Positions 50,107 through 62,700 of a DNA stretch of 64,000 nt are shown piece after piece. The notes beneath the pieces are model-generated. The model did no database searches. It was not told where the DNA came from and saw nothing but the letters and a program-made list of their open reading frames with translations. The stretch lies in the NCBI GenBank assembly GCA_000004985.1, contig GG738853.1. One strand, 5' to 3'. Both the position numbers and the translations under genes were made by a program. Position 1 is the stretch's first letter. Every line of letters starts with the position of its first letter. This stretch comes from Naegleria gruberi (lineage: Eukaryota).

Positions 50107-50760
50107 GGATTTGTATTGACTATTTCATTGGCTGGTTATTCCATTTTTTGCATTATCTTTGTGGAAGATAATTTCCAAAATTAGTAATTTTTATAAATAT
50201 TAAATTTGTGATTCTTAATATTTAATAATATAATTAAGAACCAATGATGGTTGCATATTTTCATGAGCTGAATTTCCACCAACTTCATTGGTTGTGAAAT
50301 TGTGAGTATGATTGGCTCCTGTAAAATTATCGTCATCCTTATGAGTAGCTGGACCTCCACACCATCCTGGAGTATGGAAAACATCAGAAATTGGTCCAGA
50401 TTGATGAACTATAATGTAAGGTTGTTTGTTGGCTTTTCCAGTGGTTCCTGAGTGTGAATGACTTGGTAGTTCACTAATTTGCAATTGGTGAGATTCTTCT
50501 CCAACTTTTTGAGCTAGAGTTCTATTGGAAAGTCCAGCTCCGTGACCAATTCCAACAACTGCTCTTCCCCTGAGGTCGGGAACATTGAATGAGTGAGGTC
50601 CTCCTGTACTTCCATATGCATTTCCAATAGTTTGAAACAATCGAATATAATCTGGATGACTATTCGGATAGGTGGCTCCATCACACAATAACCAACCTGC
50701 TGGTATAGTTGTTCCAGCAAATGCATTCACAATACCAACAGGAATTATAATTTGAGATTC
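50107..50760. repeat. gap-flanked 654-bp contig that is a ~99% identical second copy of 2686..3360 (MAPEG 3' end, 30-bp spacer, and most of the tail-collar CDS)
   Basis: Direct comparison shows only 3 substitutions, all in the first ~130 bp (2722 a/c, 2749 t/g, 2798 a/g equivalents). The collar-coding part is identical. Gaps bound the segment on both sides. Confidence 0.85.
50215..50730 (-). CDS. tail-collar-domain protein, second copy (5' end lost in the gap)
   Basis: The 171-aa translation is identical to residues 28-198 of the 2794..3390 ORF. Confidence 0.5.
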   Translation of the reverse strand: MNAFAGTTIPAGWLLCDGATYPNSHPDYIRLFQTIGNAYGSTGGPHSFNVPDLRGRAVVGIGHGAGLSNRTLAQKVGEESHQLQISELPSHSHSGTTGKANKQPYIIVHQSGPISDVFHTPGWCGGPATHKDDDNFTGANHTHNFTTNEVGGNSAHENMQPSLVLNYIIKY

Positions 50761-53700
50761 NNNNNNNNNNNNNNNNNNNNNNNNNNNNNNNNNNNNNNNN
50801 NNNNNNNNNNNNNNNNNNNNNNNNNNNNNNNNNNNNNNNNNNNNNNNNNNNNNNNNNNNNNNNNNNNNNNNNNNNNNNNNNNNNNNNNNNNNNNNNNNNN
50901 NNNNNNNNNNNNNNNNNNNNNNNNNNNNNNNNNNNNNNNNNNNNNNNNNNNNNNNNNNNNNNNNNNNNNNNNNNNNNNNNNNNNNNNNNNNNNNNNNNNN
51001 NNNNNNNNNNNNNNNNNNNNNNNNNNNNNNNNNNNNNNNNNNNNNNNNNNNNNNNNNNNNNNNNNNNNNNNNNNNNNNNNNNNNNNNNNNNNNNNNNNNN
51101 NNNNNNNNNNNNNNNNNNNNNNNNNNNNNNNNNNNNNNNNNNNNNNNNNNNNNNNNNNNNNNNNNNNNNNNNNNNNNNNNNNNNNNNNNNNNNNNNNNNN
51201 NNNNNNNNNNNNNNNNNNNNNNNNNNNNNNNNNNNNNNNNNNNNNNNNNNNNNNNNNNNNNNNNNNNNNNNNNNNNNNNNNNNNNNNNNNNNNNNNNNNN
51301 NNNNNNNNNNNNNNNNNNNNNNNNNNNNNNNNNNNNNNNNNNNNNNNNNNNNNNNNNNNNNNNNNNNNNNNNNNNNNNNNNNNNNNNNNNNNNNNNNNNN
51401 NNNNNNNNNNNNNNNNNNNNNNNNNNNNNNNNNNNNNNNNNNNNNNNNNNNNNNNNNNNNNNNNNNNNNNNNNNNNNNNNNNNNNNNNNNNNNNNNNNNN
51501 NNNNNNNNNNNNNNNNNNNNNNNNNNNNNNNNNNNNNNNNNNNNNNNNNNNNNNNNNNNNNNNNNNNNNNNNNNNNNNNNNNNNNNNNNNNNNNNNNNNN
51601 NNNNNNNNNNNNNNNNNNNNNNNNNNNNNNNNNNNNNNNNNNNNNNNNNNNNNNNNNNNNNNNNNNNNNNNNNNNNNNNNNNNNNNNNNNNNNNNNNNNN
51701 NNNNNNNNNNNNNNNNNNNNNNNNNNNNNNNNNNNNNNNNNNNNNNNNNNNNNNNNNNNNNNNNNNNNNNNNNNNNNNNNNNNNNNNNNNNNNNNNNNNN
51801 NNNNNNNNNNNNNNNNNNNNNNNNNNNNNNNNNNNNNNNNNNNNNNNNNNNNNNNNNNNNNNNNNNNNNNNNNNNNNNNNNNNNNNNNNNNNNNNNNNNN
51901 NNNNNNNNNNNNNNNNNNNNNNNNNNNNNNNNNNNNNNNNNNNNNNNNNNNNNNNNNNNNNNNNNNNNNNNNNNNNNNNNNNNNNNNNNNNNNNNNNNNN
52001 NNNNNNNNNNNNNNNNNNNNNNNNNNNNNNNNNNNNNNNNNNNNNNNNNNNNNNNNNNNNNNNNNNNNNNNNNNNNNNNNNNNNNNNNNNNNNNNNNNNN
52101 NNNNNNNNNNNNNNNNNNNNNNNNNNNNNNNNNNNNNNNNNNNNNNNNNNNNNNNNNNNNNNNNNNNNNNNNNNNNNNNNNNNNNNNNNNNNNNNNNNNN
52201 NNNNNNNNNNNNNNNNNNNNNNNNNNNNNNNNNNNNNNNNNNNNNNNNNNNNNNNNNNNNNNNNNNNNNNNNNNNNNNNNNNNNNNNNNNNNNNNNNNNN
52301 NNNNNNNNNNNNNNNNNNNNNNNNNNNNNNNNNNNNNNNNNNNNNNNNNNNNNNNNNNNNNNNNNNNNNNNNNNNNNNNNNNNNNNNNNNNNNNNNNNNN
52401 NNNNNNNNNNNNNNNNNNNNNNNNNNNNNNNNNNNNNNNNNNNNNNNNNNNNNNNNNNNNNNNNNNNNNNNNNNNNNNNNNNNNNNNNNNNNNNNNNNNN
52501 NNNNNNNNNNNNNNNNNNNNNNNNNNNNNNNNNNNNNNNNNNNNNNNNNNNNNNNNNNNNNNNNNNNNNNNNNNNNNNNNNNNNNNNNNNNNNNNNNNNN
52601 NNNNNNNNNNNNNNNNNNNNNNNNNNNNNNNNNNNNNNNNNNNNNNNNNNNNNNNNNNNNNNNNNNNNNNNNNNNNNNNNNNNNNNNNNNNNNNNNNNNN
52701 NNNNNNNNNNNNNNNNNNNNNNNNNNNNNNNNNNNNNNNNNNNNNNNNNNNNNNNNNNNNNNNNNNNNNNNNNNNNNNNNNNNNNNNNNNNNNNNNNNNN
52801 NNNNNNNNNNNNNNNNNNNNNNNNNNNNNNNNNNNNNNNNNNNNNNNNNNNNNNNNNNNNNNNNNNNNNNNNNNNNNNNNNNNNNNNNNNNNNNNNNNNN
52901 NNNNNNNNNNNNNNNNNNNNNNNNNNNNNNNNNNNNNNNNNNNNNNNNNNNNNNNNNNNNNNNNNNNNNNNNNNNNNNNNNNNNNNNNNNNNNNNNNNNN
53001 NNNNNNNNNNNNNNNNNNNNNNNNNNNNNNNNNNNNNNNNNNNNNNNNNNNNNNNNNNNNNNNNNNNNNNNNNNNNNNNNNNNNNNNNNNNNNNNNNNNN
53101 NNNNNNNNNNNNNNNNNNNNNNNNNNNNNNNNNNNNNNNNNNNNNNNNNNNNNNNNNNNNNNNNNNNNNNNNNNNNNNNNNNNNNNNNNNNNNNNNNNNN
53201 NNNNNNNNNNNNNNNNNNNNNNNNNNNNNNNNNNNNNNNNNNNNNNNNNNNNNNNNNNNNNNNNNNNNNNNNNNNNNNNNNNNNNNNNNNNNNNNNNNNN
53301 NNNNNNNNNNNNNNNNNNNNNNNNNNNNNNNNNNNNNNNNNNNNNNNNNNNNNNNNNNNNNNNNNNNNNNNNNNNNNNNNNNNNNNNNNNNNNNNNNNNN
53401 NNNNNNNNNNNNNNNNNNNNNNNNNNNNNNNNNNNNNNNNNNNNNNNNNNNNNNNNNNNNNNNNNNNNNNNNNNNNNNNNNNNNNNNNNNNNNNNNNNNN
53501 NNNNNNNNNNNNNNNNNNNNNNNNNNNNNNNNNNNNNNNNNNNNNNNNNNNNNNNNNNNNNNNNNNNNNNNNNNNNNNNNNNNNNNNNNNNNNNNNNNNN
53601 NNNNNNNNNNNNNNNNNNNNNNNNNNNNNNNNNNNNNNNNNNNNNNNNNNNNNNNNNNNNNNNNNNNNNNNNNNNNNNNNNNNNNNNNNNNNNNNNNNNN

Positions 53701-56700
53701 NNNNNNNNNNNNNNNNNNNNNNNNNNNNNNNNNNNNNNNNNNNNNNNNNNNNNNNNNNNNNNNNNNNNNNNNNNNNNNNNNNNNNNNNNNNNNNNNNNNN
53801 NNNNNNNNNNNNNNNNNNNNNNNNNNNNNNNNNNNNNNNNNNNNNNNNNNNNNNNNNNNNNNNNNNNNNNNNNNNNNNNNNNNNNNNNNNNNNNNNNNNN
53901 NNNNNNNNNNNNNNNNNNNNNNNNNNNNNNNNNNNNNNNNNNNNNNNNNNNNNNNNNNNNNNNNNNNNNNNNNNNNNNNNNNNNNNNNNNNNNNNNNNNN
54001 NNNNNNNNNNNNNNNNNNNNNNNNNNNNNNNNNNNNNNNNNNNNNNNNNNNNNNNNNNNNNNNNNNNNNNNNNNNNNNNNNNNNNNNNNNNNNNNNNNNN
54101 NNNNNNNNNNNNNNNNNNNNNNNNNNNNNNNNNNNNNNNNNNNNNNNNNNNNNNNNNNNNNNNNNNNNNNNNNNNNNNNNNNNNNNNNNNNNNNNNNNNN
54201 NNNNNNNNNNNNNNNNNNNNNNNNNNNNNNNNNNNNNNNNNNNNNNNNNNNNNNNNNNNNNNNNNNNNNNNNNNNNNNNNNNNNNNNNNNNNNNNNNNNN
54301 NNNNNNNNNNNNNNNNNNNNNNNNNNNNNNNNNNNNNNNNNNNNNNNNNNNNNNNNNNNNNNNNNNNNNNNNNNNNNNNNNNNNNNNNNNNNNNNNNNNN
54401 NNNNNNNNNNNNNNNNNNNNNNNNNNNNNNNNNNNNNNNNNNNNNNNNNNNNNNNNNNNNNNNNNNNNNNNNNNNNNNNNNNNNNNNNNNNNNNNNNNNN
54501 NNNNNNNNNNNNNNNNNNNNNNNNNNNNNNNNNNNNNNNNNNNNNNNNNNNNNNNNNNNNNNNNNNNNNNNNNNNNNNNNNNNNNNNNNNNNNNNNNNNN
54601 NNNNNNNNNNNNNNNNNNNNNNNNNNNNNNNNNNNNNNNNNNNNNNNNNNNNNNNNNNNNNNNNNNNNNNNNNNNNNNNNNNNNNNNNNNNNNNNNNNNN
54701 NNNNNNNNNNNNNNNNNNNNNNNNNNNNNNNNNNNNNNNNNNNNNNNNNNNNNNNNNNNNNNNNNNNNNNNNNNNNNNNNNNNNNNNNNNNNNNNNNNNN
54801 NNNNNNNNNNNNNNNNNNNNNNNNNNNNNNNNNNNNNNNNNNNNNNNNNNNNNNNNNNNNNNNNNNNNNNNNNNNNNNNNNNNNNNNNNNNNNNNNNNNN
54901 NNNNNNNNNNNNNNNNNNNNNNNNNNNNNNNNNNNNNNNNNNNNNNNNNNNNNNNNNNNNNNNNNNNNNNNNNNNNNNNNNNNNNNNNNNNNNNNNNNNN
55001 NNNNNNNNNNNNNNNNNNNNNNNNNNNNNNNNNNNNNNNNNNNNNNNNNNNNNNNNNNNNNNNNNNNNNNNNNNNNNNNNNNNNNNNNNNNNNNNNNNNN
55101 NNNNNNNNNNNNNNNNNNNNNNNNNNNNNNNNNNNNNNNNNNNNNNNNNNNNNNNNNNNNNNNNNNNNNNNNNNNNNNNNNNNNNNNNNNNNNNNNNNNN
55201 NNNNNNNNNNNNNNNNNNNNNNNNNNNNNNNNNNNNNNNNNNNNNNNNNNNNNNNNNNNNNNNNNNNNNNNNNNNNNNNNNNNNNNNNNNNNNNNNNNNN
55301 NNNNNNNNNNNNNNNNNNNNNNNNNNNNNNNNNNNNNNNNNNNNNNNNNNNNNNNNNNNNNNNNNNNNNNNNNNNNNNNNNNNNNNNNNNNNNNNNNNNN
55401 NNNNNNNNNNNNNNNNNNNNNNNNNNNNNNNNNNNNNNNNNNNNNNNNNNNNNNNNNNNNNNNNNNNNNNNNNNNNNNNNNNNNNNNNNNNNNNNNNNNN
55501 NNNNNNNNNNNNNNNNNNNNNNNNNNNNNNNNNNNNNNNNNNNNNNNNNNNNNNNNNNNNNNNNNNNNNNNNNNNNNNNNNNNNNNNNNNNNNNNNNNNN
55601 NNNNNNNNNNNNNNNNNNNNNNNNNNNNNNNNNNNNNNNNNNNNNNNNNNNNNNNNNNNNNNNNNNNNNNNNNNNNNNNNNNNNNNNNNNNNNNNNNNNN
55701 NNNNNNNNNNNNNNNNNNNNNNNNNNNNNNNNNNNNNNNNNNNNNNNNNNNNNNNNNNNNNNNNNNNNNNNNNNNNNNNNNNNNNNNNNNNNNNNNNNNN
55801 NNNNNNNNNNNNNNNNNNNNNNNNNNNNNNNNNNNNNNNNNNNNNNNNNNNNNNNNNNNNNNNNNNNNNNNNNNNNNNNNNNNNNNNNNNNNNNNNNNNN
55901 NNNNNNNNNNNNNNNNNNNNNNNNNNNNNNNNNNNNNNNNNNNNNNNNNNNNNNNNNNNNNNNNNNNNNNNNNNNNNNNNNNNNNNNNNNNNNNNNNNNN
56001 NNNNNNNNNNNNNNNNNNNNNNNNNNNNNNNNNNNNNNNNNNNNNNNNNNNNNNNNNNNNNNNNNNNNNNNNNNNNNNNNNNNNNNNNNNNNNNNNNNNN
56101 NNNNNNNNNNNNNNNNNNNNNNNNNNNNNNNNNNNNNNNNNNNNNNNNNNNNNNNNNNNNNNNNNNNNNNNNNNNNNNNNNNNNNNNNNNNNNNNNNNNN
56201 NNNNNNNNNNNNNNNNNNNNNNNNNNNNNNNNNNNNNNNNNNNNNNNNNNNNNNNNNNNNNNNNNNNNNNNNNNNNNNNNNNNNNNNNNNNNNNNNNNNN
56301 NNNNNNNNNNNNNNNNNNNNNNNNNNNNNNNNNNNNNNNNNNNNNNNNNNNNNNNNNNNNNNNNNNNNNNNNNNNNNNNNNNNNNNNNNNNNNNNNNNNN
56401 NNNNNNNNNNNNNNNNNNNNNNNNNNNNNNNNNNNNNNNNNNNNNNNNNNNNNNNNNNNNNNNNNNNNNNNNNNNNNNNNNNNNNNNNNNNNNNNNNNNN
56501 NNNNNNNNNNNNNNNNNNNNNNNNNNNNNNNNNNNNNNNNNNNNNNNNNNNNNNNNNNNNNNNNNNNNNNNNNNNNNNNNNNNNNNNNNNNNNNNNNNNN
56601 NNNNNNNNNNNNNNNNNNNNNNNNNNNNNNNNNNNNNNNNNNNNNNNNNNNNNNNNNNNNNNNNNNNNNNNNNNNNNNNNNNNNNNNNNNNNNNNNNNNN

Positions 56701-59700
56701 NNNNNNNNNNNNNNNNNNNNNNNNNNNNNNNNNNNNNNNNNNNNNNNNNNNNNNNNNNNNNNNNNNNNNNNNNNNNNNNNNNNNNNNNNNNNNNNNNNNN
56801 NNNNNNNNNNNNNNNNNNNNNNNNNNNNNNNNNNNNNNNNNNNNNNNNNNNNNNNNNNNNNNNNNNNNNNNNNNNNNNNNNNNNNNNNNNNNNNNNNNNN
56901 NNNNNNNNNNNNNNNNNNNNNNNNNNNNNNNNNNNNNNNNNNNNNNNNNNNNNNNNNNNNNNNNNNNNNNNNNNNNNNNNNNNNNNNNNNNNNNNNNNNN
57001 NNNNNNNNNNNNNNNNNNNNNNNNNNNNNNNNNNNNNNNNNNNNNNNNNNNNNNNNNNNNNNNNNNNNNNNNNNNNNNNNNNNNNNNNNNNNNNNNNNNN
57101 NNNNNNNNNNNNNNNNNNNNNNNNNNNNNNNNNNNNNNNNNNNNNNNNNNNNNNNNNNNNNNNNNNNNNNNNNNNNNNNNNNNNNNNNNNNNNNNNNNNN
57201 NNNNNNNNNNNNNNNNNNNNNNNNNNNNNNNNNNNNNNNNNNNNNNNNNNNNNNNNNNNNNNNNNNNNNNNNNNNNNNNNNNNNNNNNNNNNNNNNNNNN
57301 NNNNNNNNNNNNNNNNNNNNNNNNNNNNNNNNNNNNNNNNNNNNNNNNNNNNNNNNNNNNNNNNNNNNNNNNNNNNNNNNNNNNNNNNNNNNNNNNNNNN
57401 NNNNNNNNNNNNNNNNNNNNNNNNNNNNNNNNNNNNNNNNNNNNNNNNNNNNNNNNNNNNNNNNNNNNNNNNNNNNNNNNNNNNNNNNNNNNNNNNNNNN
57501 NNNNNNNNNNNNNNNNNNNNNNNNNNNNNNNNNNNNNNNNNNNNNNNNNNNNNNNNNNNNNNNNNNNNNNNNNNNNNNNNNNNNNNNNNNNNNNNNNNNN
57601 NNNNNNNNNNNNNNNNNNNNNNNNNNNNNNNNNNNNNNNNNNNNNNNNNNNNNNNNNNNNNNNNNNNNNNNNNNNNNNNNNNNNNNNNNNNNNNNNNNNN
57701 NNNNNNNNNNNNNNNNNNNNNNNNNNNNNNNNNNNNNNNNNNNNNNNNNNNNNNNNNNNNNNNNNNNNNNNNNNNNNNNNNNNNNNNNNNNNNNNNNNNN
57801 NNNNNNNNNNNNNNNNNNNNNNNNNNNNNNNNNNNNNNNNNNNNNNNNNNNNNNNNNNNNNNNNNNNNNNNNNNNNNNNNNNNNNNNNNNNNNNNNNNNN
57901 NNNNNNNNNNNNNNNNNNNNNNNNNNNNNNNNNNNNNNNNNNNNNNNNNNNNNNNNNNNNNNNNNNNNNNNNNNNNNNNNNNNNNNNNNNNNNNNNNNNN
58001 NNNNNNNNNNNNNNNNNNNNNNNNNNNNNNNNNNNNNNNNNNNNNNNNNNNNNNNNNNNNNNNNNNNNNNNNNNNNNNNNNNNNNNNNNNNNNNNNNNNN
58101 NNNNNNNNNNNNNNNNNNNNNNNNNNNNNNNNNNNNNNNNNNNNNNNNNNNNNNNNNNNNNNNNNNNNNNNNNNNNNNNNNNNNNNNNNNNNNNNNNNNN
58201 NNNNNNNNNNNNNNNNNNNNNNNNNNNNNNNNNNNNNNNNNNNNNNNNNNNNNNNNNNNNNNNNNNNNNNNNNNNNNNNNNNNNNNNNNNNNNNNNNNNN
58301 NNNNNNNNNNNNNNNNNNNNNNNNNNNNNNNNNNNNNNNNNNNNNNNNNNNNNNNNNNNNNNNNNNNNNNNNNNNNNNNNNNNNNNNNNNNNNNNNNNNN
58401 NNNNNNNNNNNNNNNNNNNNNNNNNNNNNNNNNNNNNNNNNNNNNNNNNNNNNNNNNNNNNNNNNNNNNNNNNNNNNNNNNNNNNNNNNNNNNNNNNNNN
58501 NNNNNNNNNNNNNNNNNNNNNNNNNNNNNNNNNNNNNNNNNNNNNNNNNNNNNNNNNNNNNNNNNNNNNNNNNNNNNNNNNNNNNNNNNNNNNNNNNNNN
58601 NNNNNNNNNNNNNNNNNNNNNNNNNNNNNNNNNNNNNNNNNNNNNNNNNNNNNNNNNNNNNNNNNNNNNNNNNNNNNNNNNNNNNNNNNNNNNNNNNNNN
58701 NNNNNNNNNNNNNNNNNNNNNNNNNNNNNNNNNNNNNNNNNNNNNNNNNNNNNNNNNNNNNNNNNNNNNNNNNNNNNNNNNNNNNNNNNNNNNNNNNNNN
58801 NNNNNNNNNNNNNNNNNNNNNNNNNNNNNNNNNNNNNNNNNNNNNNNNNNNNNNNNNNNNNNNNNNNNNNNNNNNNNNNNNNNNNNNNNNNNNNNNNNNN
58901 NNNNNNNNNNNNNNNNNNNNNNNNNNNNNNNNNNNNNNNNNNNNNNNNNNNNNNNNNNNNNNNNNNNNNNNNNNNNNNNNNNNNNNNNNNNNNNNNNNNN
59001 NNNNNNNNNNNNNNNNNNNNNNNNNNNNNNNNNNNNNNNNNNNNNNNNNNNNNNNNNNNNNNNNNNNNNNNNNNNNNNNNNNNNNNNNNNNNNNNNNNNN
59101 NNNNNNNNNNNNNNNNNNNNNNNNNNNNNNNNNNNNNNNNNNNNNNNNNNNNNNNNNNNNNNNNNNNNNNNNNNNNNNNNNNNNNNNNNNNNNNNNNNNN
59201 NNNNNNNNNNNNNNNNNNNNNNNNNNNNNNNNNNNNNNNNNNNNNNNNNNNNNNNNNNNNNNNNNNNNNNNNNNNNNNNNNNNNNNNNNNNNNNNNNNNN
59301 NNNNNNNNNNNNNNNNNNNNNNNNNNNNNNNNNNNNNNNNNNNNNNNNNNNNNNNNNNNNNNNNNNNNNNNNNNNNNNNNNNNNNNNNNNNNNNNNNNNN
59401 NNNNNNNNNNNNNNNNNNNNNNNNNNNNNNNNNNNNNNNNNNNNNNNNNNNNNNNNNNNNNNNNNNNNNNNNNNNNNNNNNNNNNNNNNNNNNNNNNNNN
59501 NNNNNNNNNNNNNNNNNNNNNNNNNNNNNNNNNNNNNNNNNNNNNNNNNNNNNNNNNNNNNNNNNNNNNNNNNNNNNNNNNNNNNNNNNNNNNNNNNNNN
59601 NNNNNNNNNNNNNNNNNNNNNNNNNNNNNNNNNNNNNNNNNNNNNNNNNNNNNNNNNNNNNNNNNNNNNNNNNNNNNNNNNNNNNNNNNNNNNNNNNNNN

Positions 59701-62700
59701 NNNNNNNNNNNNNNNNNNNNNNNNNNNNNNNNNNNNNNNNNNNNNNNNNNNNNNNNNNNNNNNNNNNNNNNNNNNNNNNNNNNNNNNNNNNNNNNNNNNN
59801 NNNNNNNNNNNNNNNNNNNNNNNNNNNNNNNNNNNNNNNNNNNNNNNNNNNNNNNNNNNNNNNNNNNNNNNNNNNNNNNNNNNNNNNNNNNNNNNNNNNN
59901 NNNNNNNNNNNNNNNNNNNNNNNNNNNNNNNNNNNNNNNNNNNNNNNNNNNNNNNNNNNNNNNNNNNNNNNNNNNNNNNNNNNNNNNNNNNNNNNNNNNN
60001 NNNNNNNNNNNNNNNNNNNNNNNNNNNNNNNNNNNNNNNNNNNNNNNNNNNNNNNNNNNNNNNNNNNNNNNNNNNNNNNNNNNNNNNNNNNNNNNNNNNN
60101 NNNNNNNNNNNNNNNNNNNNNNNNNNNNNNNNNNNNNNNNNNNNNNNNNNNNNNNNNNNNNNNNNNNNNNNNNNNNNNNNNNNNNNNNNNNNNNNNNNNN
60201 NNNNNNNNNNNNNNNNNNNNNNNNNNNNNNNNNNNNNNNNNNNNNNNNNNNNNNNNNNNNNNNNNNNNNNNNNNNNNNNNNNNNNNNNNNNNNNNNNNNN
60301 NNNNNNNNNNNNNNNNNNNNNNNNNNNNNNNNNNNNNNNNNNNNNNNNNNNNNNNNNNNNNNNNNNNNNNNNNNNNNNNNNNNNNNNNNNNNNNNNNNNN
60401 NNNNNNNNNNNNNNNNNNNNNNNNNNNNNNNNNNNNNNNNNNNNNNNNNNNNNNNNNNNNNNNNNNNNNNNNNNNNNNNNNNNNNNNNNNNNNNNNNNNN
60501 NNNNNNNNNNNNNNNNNNNNNNNNNNNNNNNNNNNNNNNNNNNNNNNNNNNNNNNNNNNNNNNNNNNNNNNNNNNNNNNNNNNNNNNNNNNNNNNNNNNN
60601 NNNNNNNNNNNNNNNNNNNNNNNNNNNNNNNNNNNNNNNNNNNNNNNNNNNNNNNNNNNNNNNNNNNNNNNNNNNNNNNNNNNNNNNNNNNNNNNNNNNN
60701 NNNNNNNNNNNNNNNNNNNNNNNNNNNNNNNNNNNNNNNNNNNNNNNNNNNNNNNNNNNNNNNNNNNNNNNNNNNNNNNNNNNNNNNNNNNNNNNNNNNN
60801 NNNNNNNNNNNNNNNNNNNNNNNNNNNNNNNNNNNNNNNNNNNNNNNNNNNNNNNNNNNNNNNNNNNNNNNNNNNNNNNNNNNNNNNNNNNNNNNNNNNN
60901 NNNNNNNNNNNNNNNNNNNNNNNNNNNNNNNNNNNNNNNNNNNNNNNNNNNNNNNNNNNNNNNNNNNNNNNNNNNNNNNNNNNNNNNNNNNNNNNNNNNN
61001 NNNNNNNNNNNNNNNNNNNNNNNNNNNNNNNNNNNNNNNNNNNNNNNNNNNNNNNNNNNNNNNNNNNNNNNNNNNNNNNNNNNNNNNNNNNNNNNNNNNN
61101 NNNNNNNNNNNNNNNNNNNNNNNNNNNNNNNNNNNNNNNNNNNNNNNNNNNNNNNNNNNNNNNNNNNNNNNNNNNNNNNNNNNNNNNNNNNNNNNNNNNN
61201 NNNNNNNNNNNNNNNNNNNNNNNNNNNNNNNNNNNNNNNNNNNNNNNNNNNNNNNNNNNNNNNNNNNNNNNNNNNNNNNNNNNNNNNNNNNNNNNNNNNN
61301 NNNNNNNNNNNNNNNNNNNNNNNNNNNNNNNNNNNNNNNNNNNNNNNNNNNNNNNNNNNNNNNNNNNNNNNNNNNNNNNNNNNNNNNNNNNNNNNNNNNN
61401 NNNNNNNNNNNNNNNNNNNNNNNNNNNNNNNNNNNNNNNNNNNNNNNNNNNNNNNNNNNNNNNNNNNNNNNNNNNNNNNNNNNNNNNNNNNNNNNNNNNN
61501 NNNNNNNNNNNNNNNNNNNNNNNNNNNNNNNNNNNNNNNNNNNNNNNNNNNNNNNNNNNNNNNNNNNNNNNNNNNNNNNNNNNNNNNNNNNNNNNNNNNN
61601 NNNNNNNNNNNNNNNNNNNNNNNNNNNNNNNNNNNNNNNNNNNNNNNNNNNNNNNNNNNNNNNNNNNNNNNNNNNNNNNNNNNNNNNNNNNNNNNNNNNN
61701 NNNNNNNNNNNNNNNNNNNNNNNNNNNNNNNNNNNNNNNNNNNNNNNNNNNNNNNNNNNNNNNNNNNNNNNNNNNNNNNNNNNNNNNNNNNNNNNNNNNN
61801 NNNNNNNNNNNNNNNNNNNNNNNNNNNNNNNNNNNNNNNNNNNNNNNNNNNNNNNNNNNNNNNNNNNNNNNNNNNNNNNNNNNNNNNNNNNNNNNNNNNN
61901 NNNNNNNNNNNNNNNNNNNNNNNNNNNNNNNNNNNNNNNNNNNNNNNNNNNNNNNNNNNNNNNNNNNNNNNNNNNNNNNNNNNNNNNNNNNNNNNNNNNN
62001 NNNNNNNNNNNNNNNNNNNNNNNNNNNNNNNNNNNNNNNNNNNNNNNNNNNNNNNNNNNNNNNNNNNNNNNNNNNNNNNNNNNNNNNNNNNNNNNNNNNN
62101 NNNNNNNNNNNNNNNNNNNNNNNNNNNNNNNNNNNNNNNNNNNNNNNNNNNNNNNNNNNNNNNNNNNNNNNNNNNNNNNNNNNNNNNNNNNNNNNNNNNN
62201 NNNNNNNNNNNNNNNNNNNNNNNNNNNNNNNNNNNNNNNNNNNNNNNNNNNNNNNNNNNNNNNNNNNNNNNNNNNNNNNNNNNNNNNNNNNNNNNNNNNN
62301 NNNNNNNNNNNNNNNNNNNNNNNNNNNNNNNNNNNNNNNNNNNNNNNNNNNNNNNNNNNNNNNNNNNNNNNNNNNNNNNNNNNNNNNNNNNNNNNNNNNN
62401 NNNNNNNNNNNNNNNNNNNNNNNNNNNNNNNNNNNNNNNNNNNNNNNNNNNNNNNNNNNNNNNNNNNNNNNNNNNNNNNNNNNNNNNNNNNNNNNNNNNN
62501 NNNNNNNNNNNNNNNNNNNNNNNNNNNNNNNNNNNNNNNNNNNNNNNNNNNNNNNNNNNNNNNNNNNNNNNNNNNNNNNNNNNNNNNNNNNNNNNNNNNN
62601 NNNNNNNNNNNNNNNNNNNNNNNNNNNNNNNNNNNNNNNNNNNNNNNNNNNNNNNNNNNNNNNNNNNNNNNNNNNNNNNNNNNNNNNNNNNNNNNNNNNN

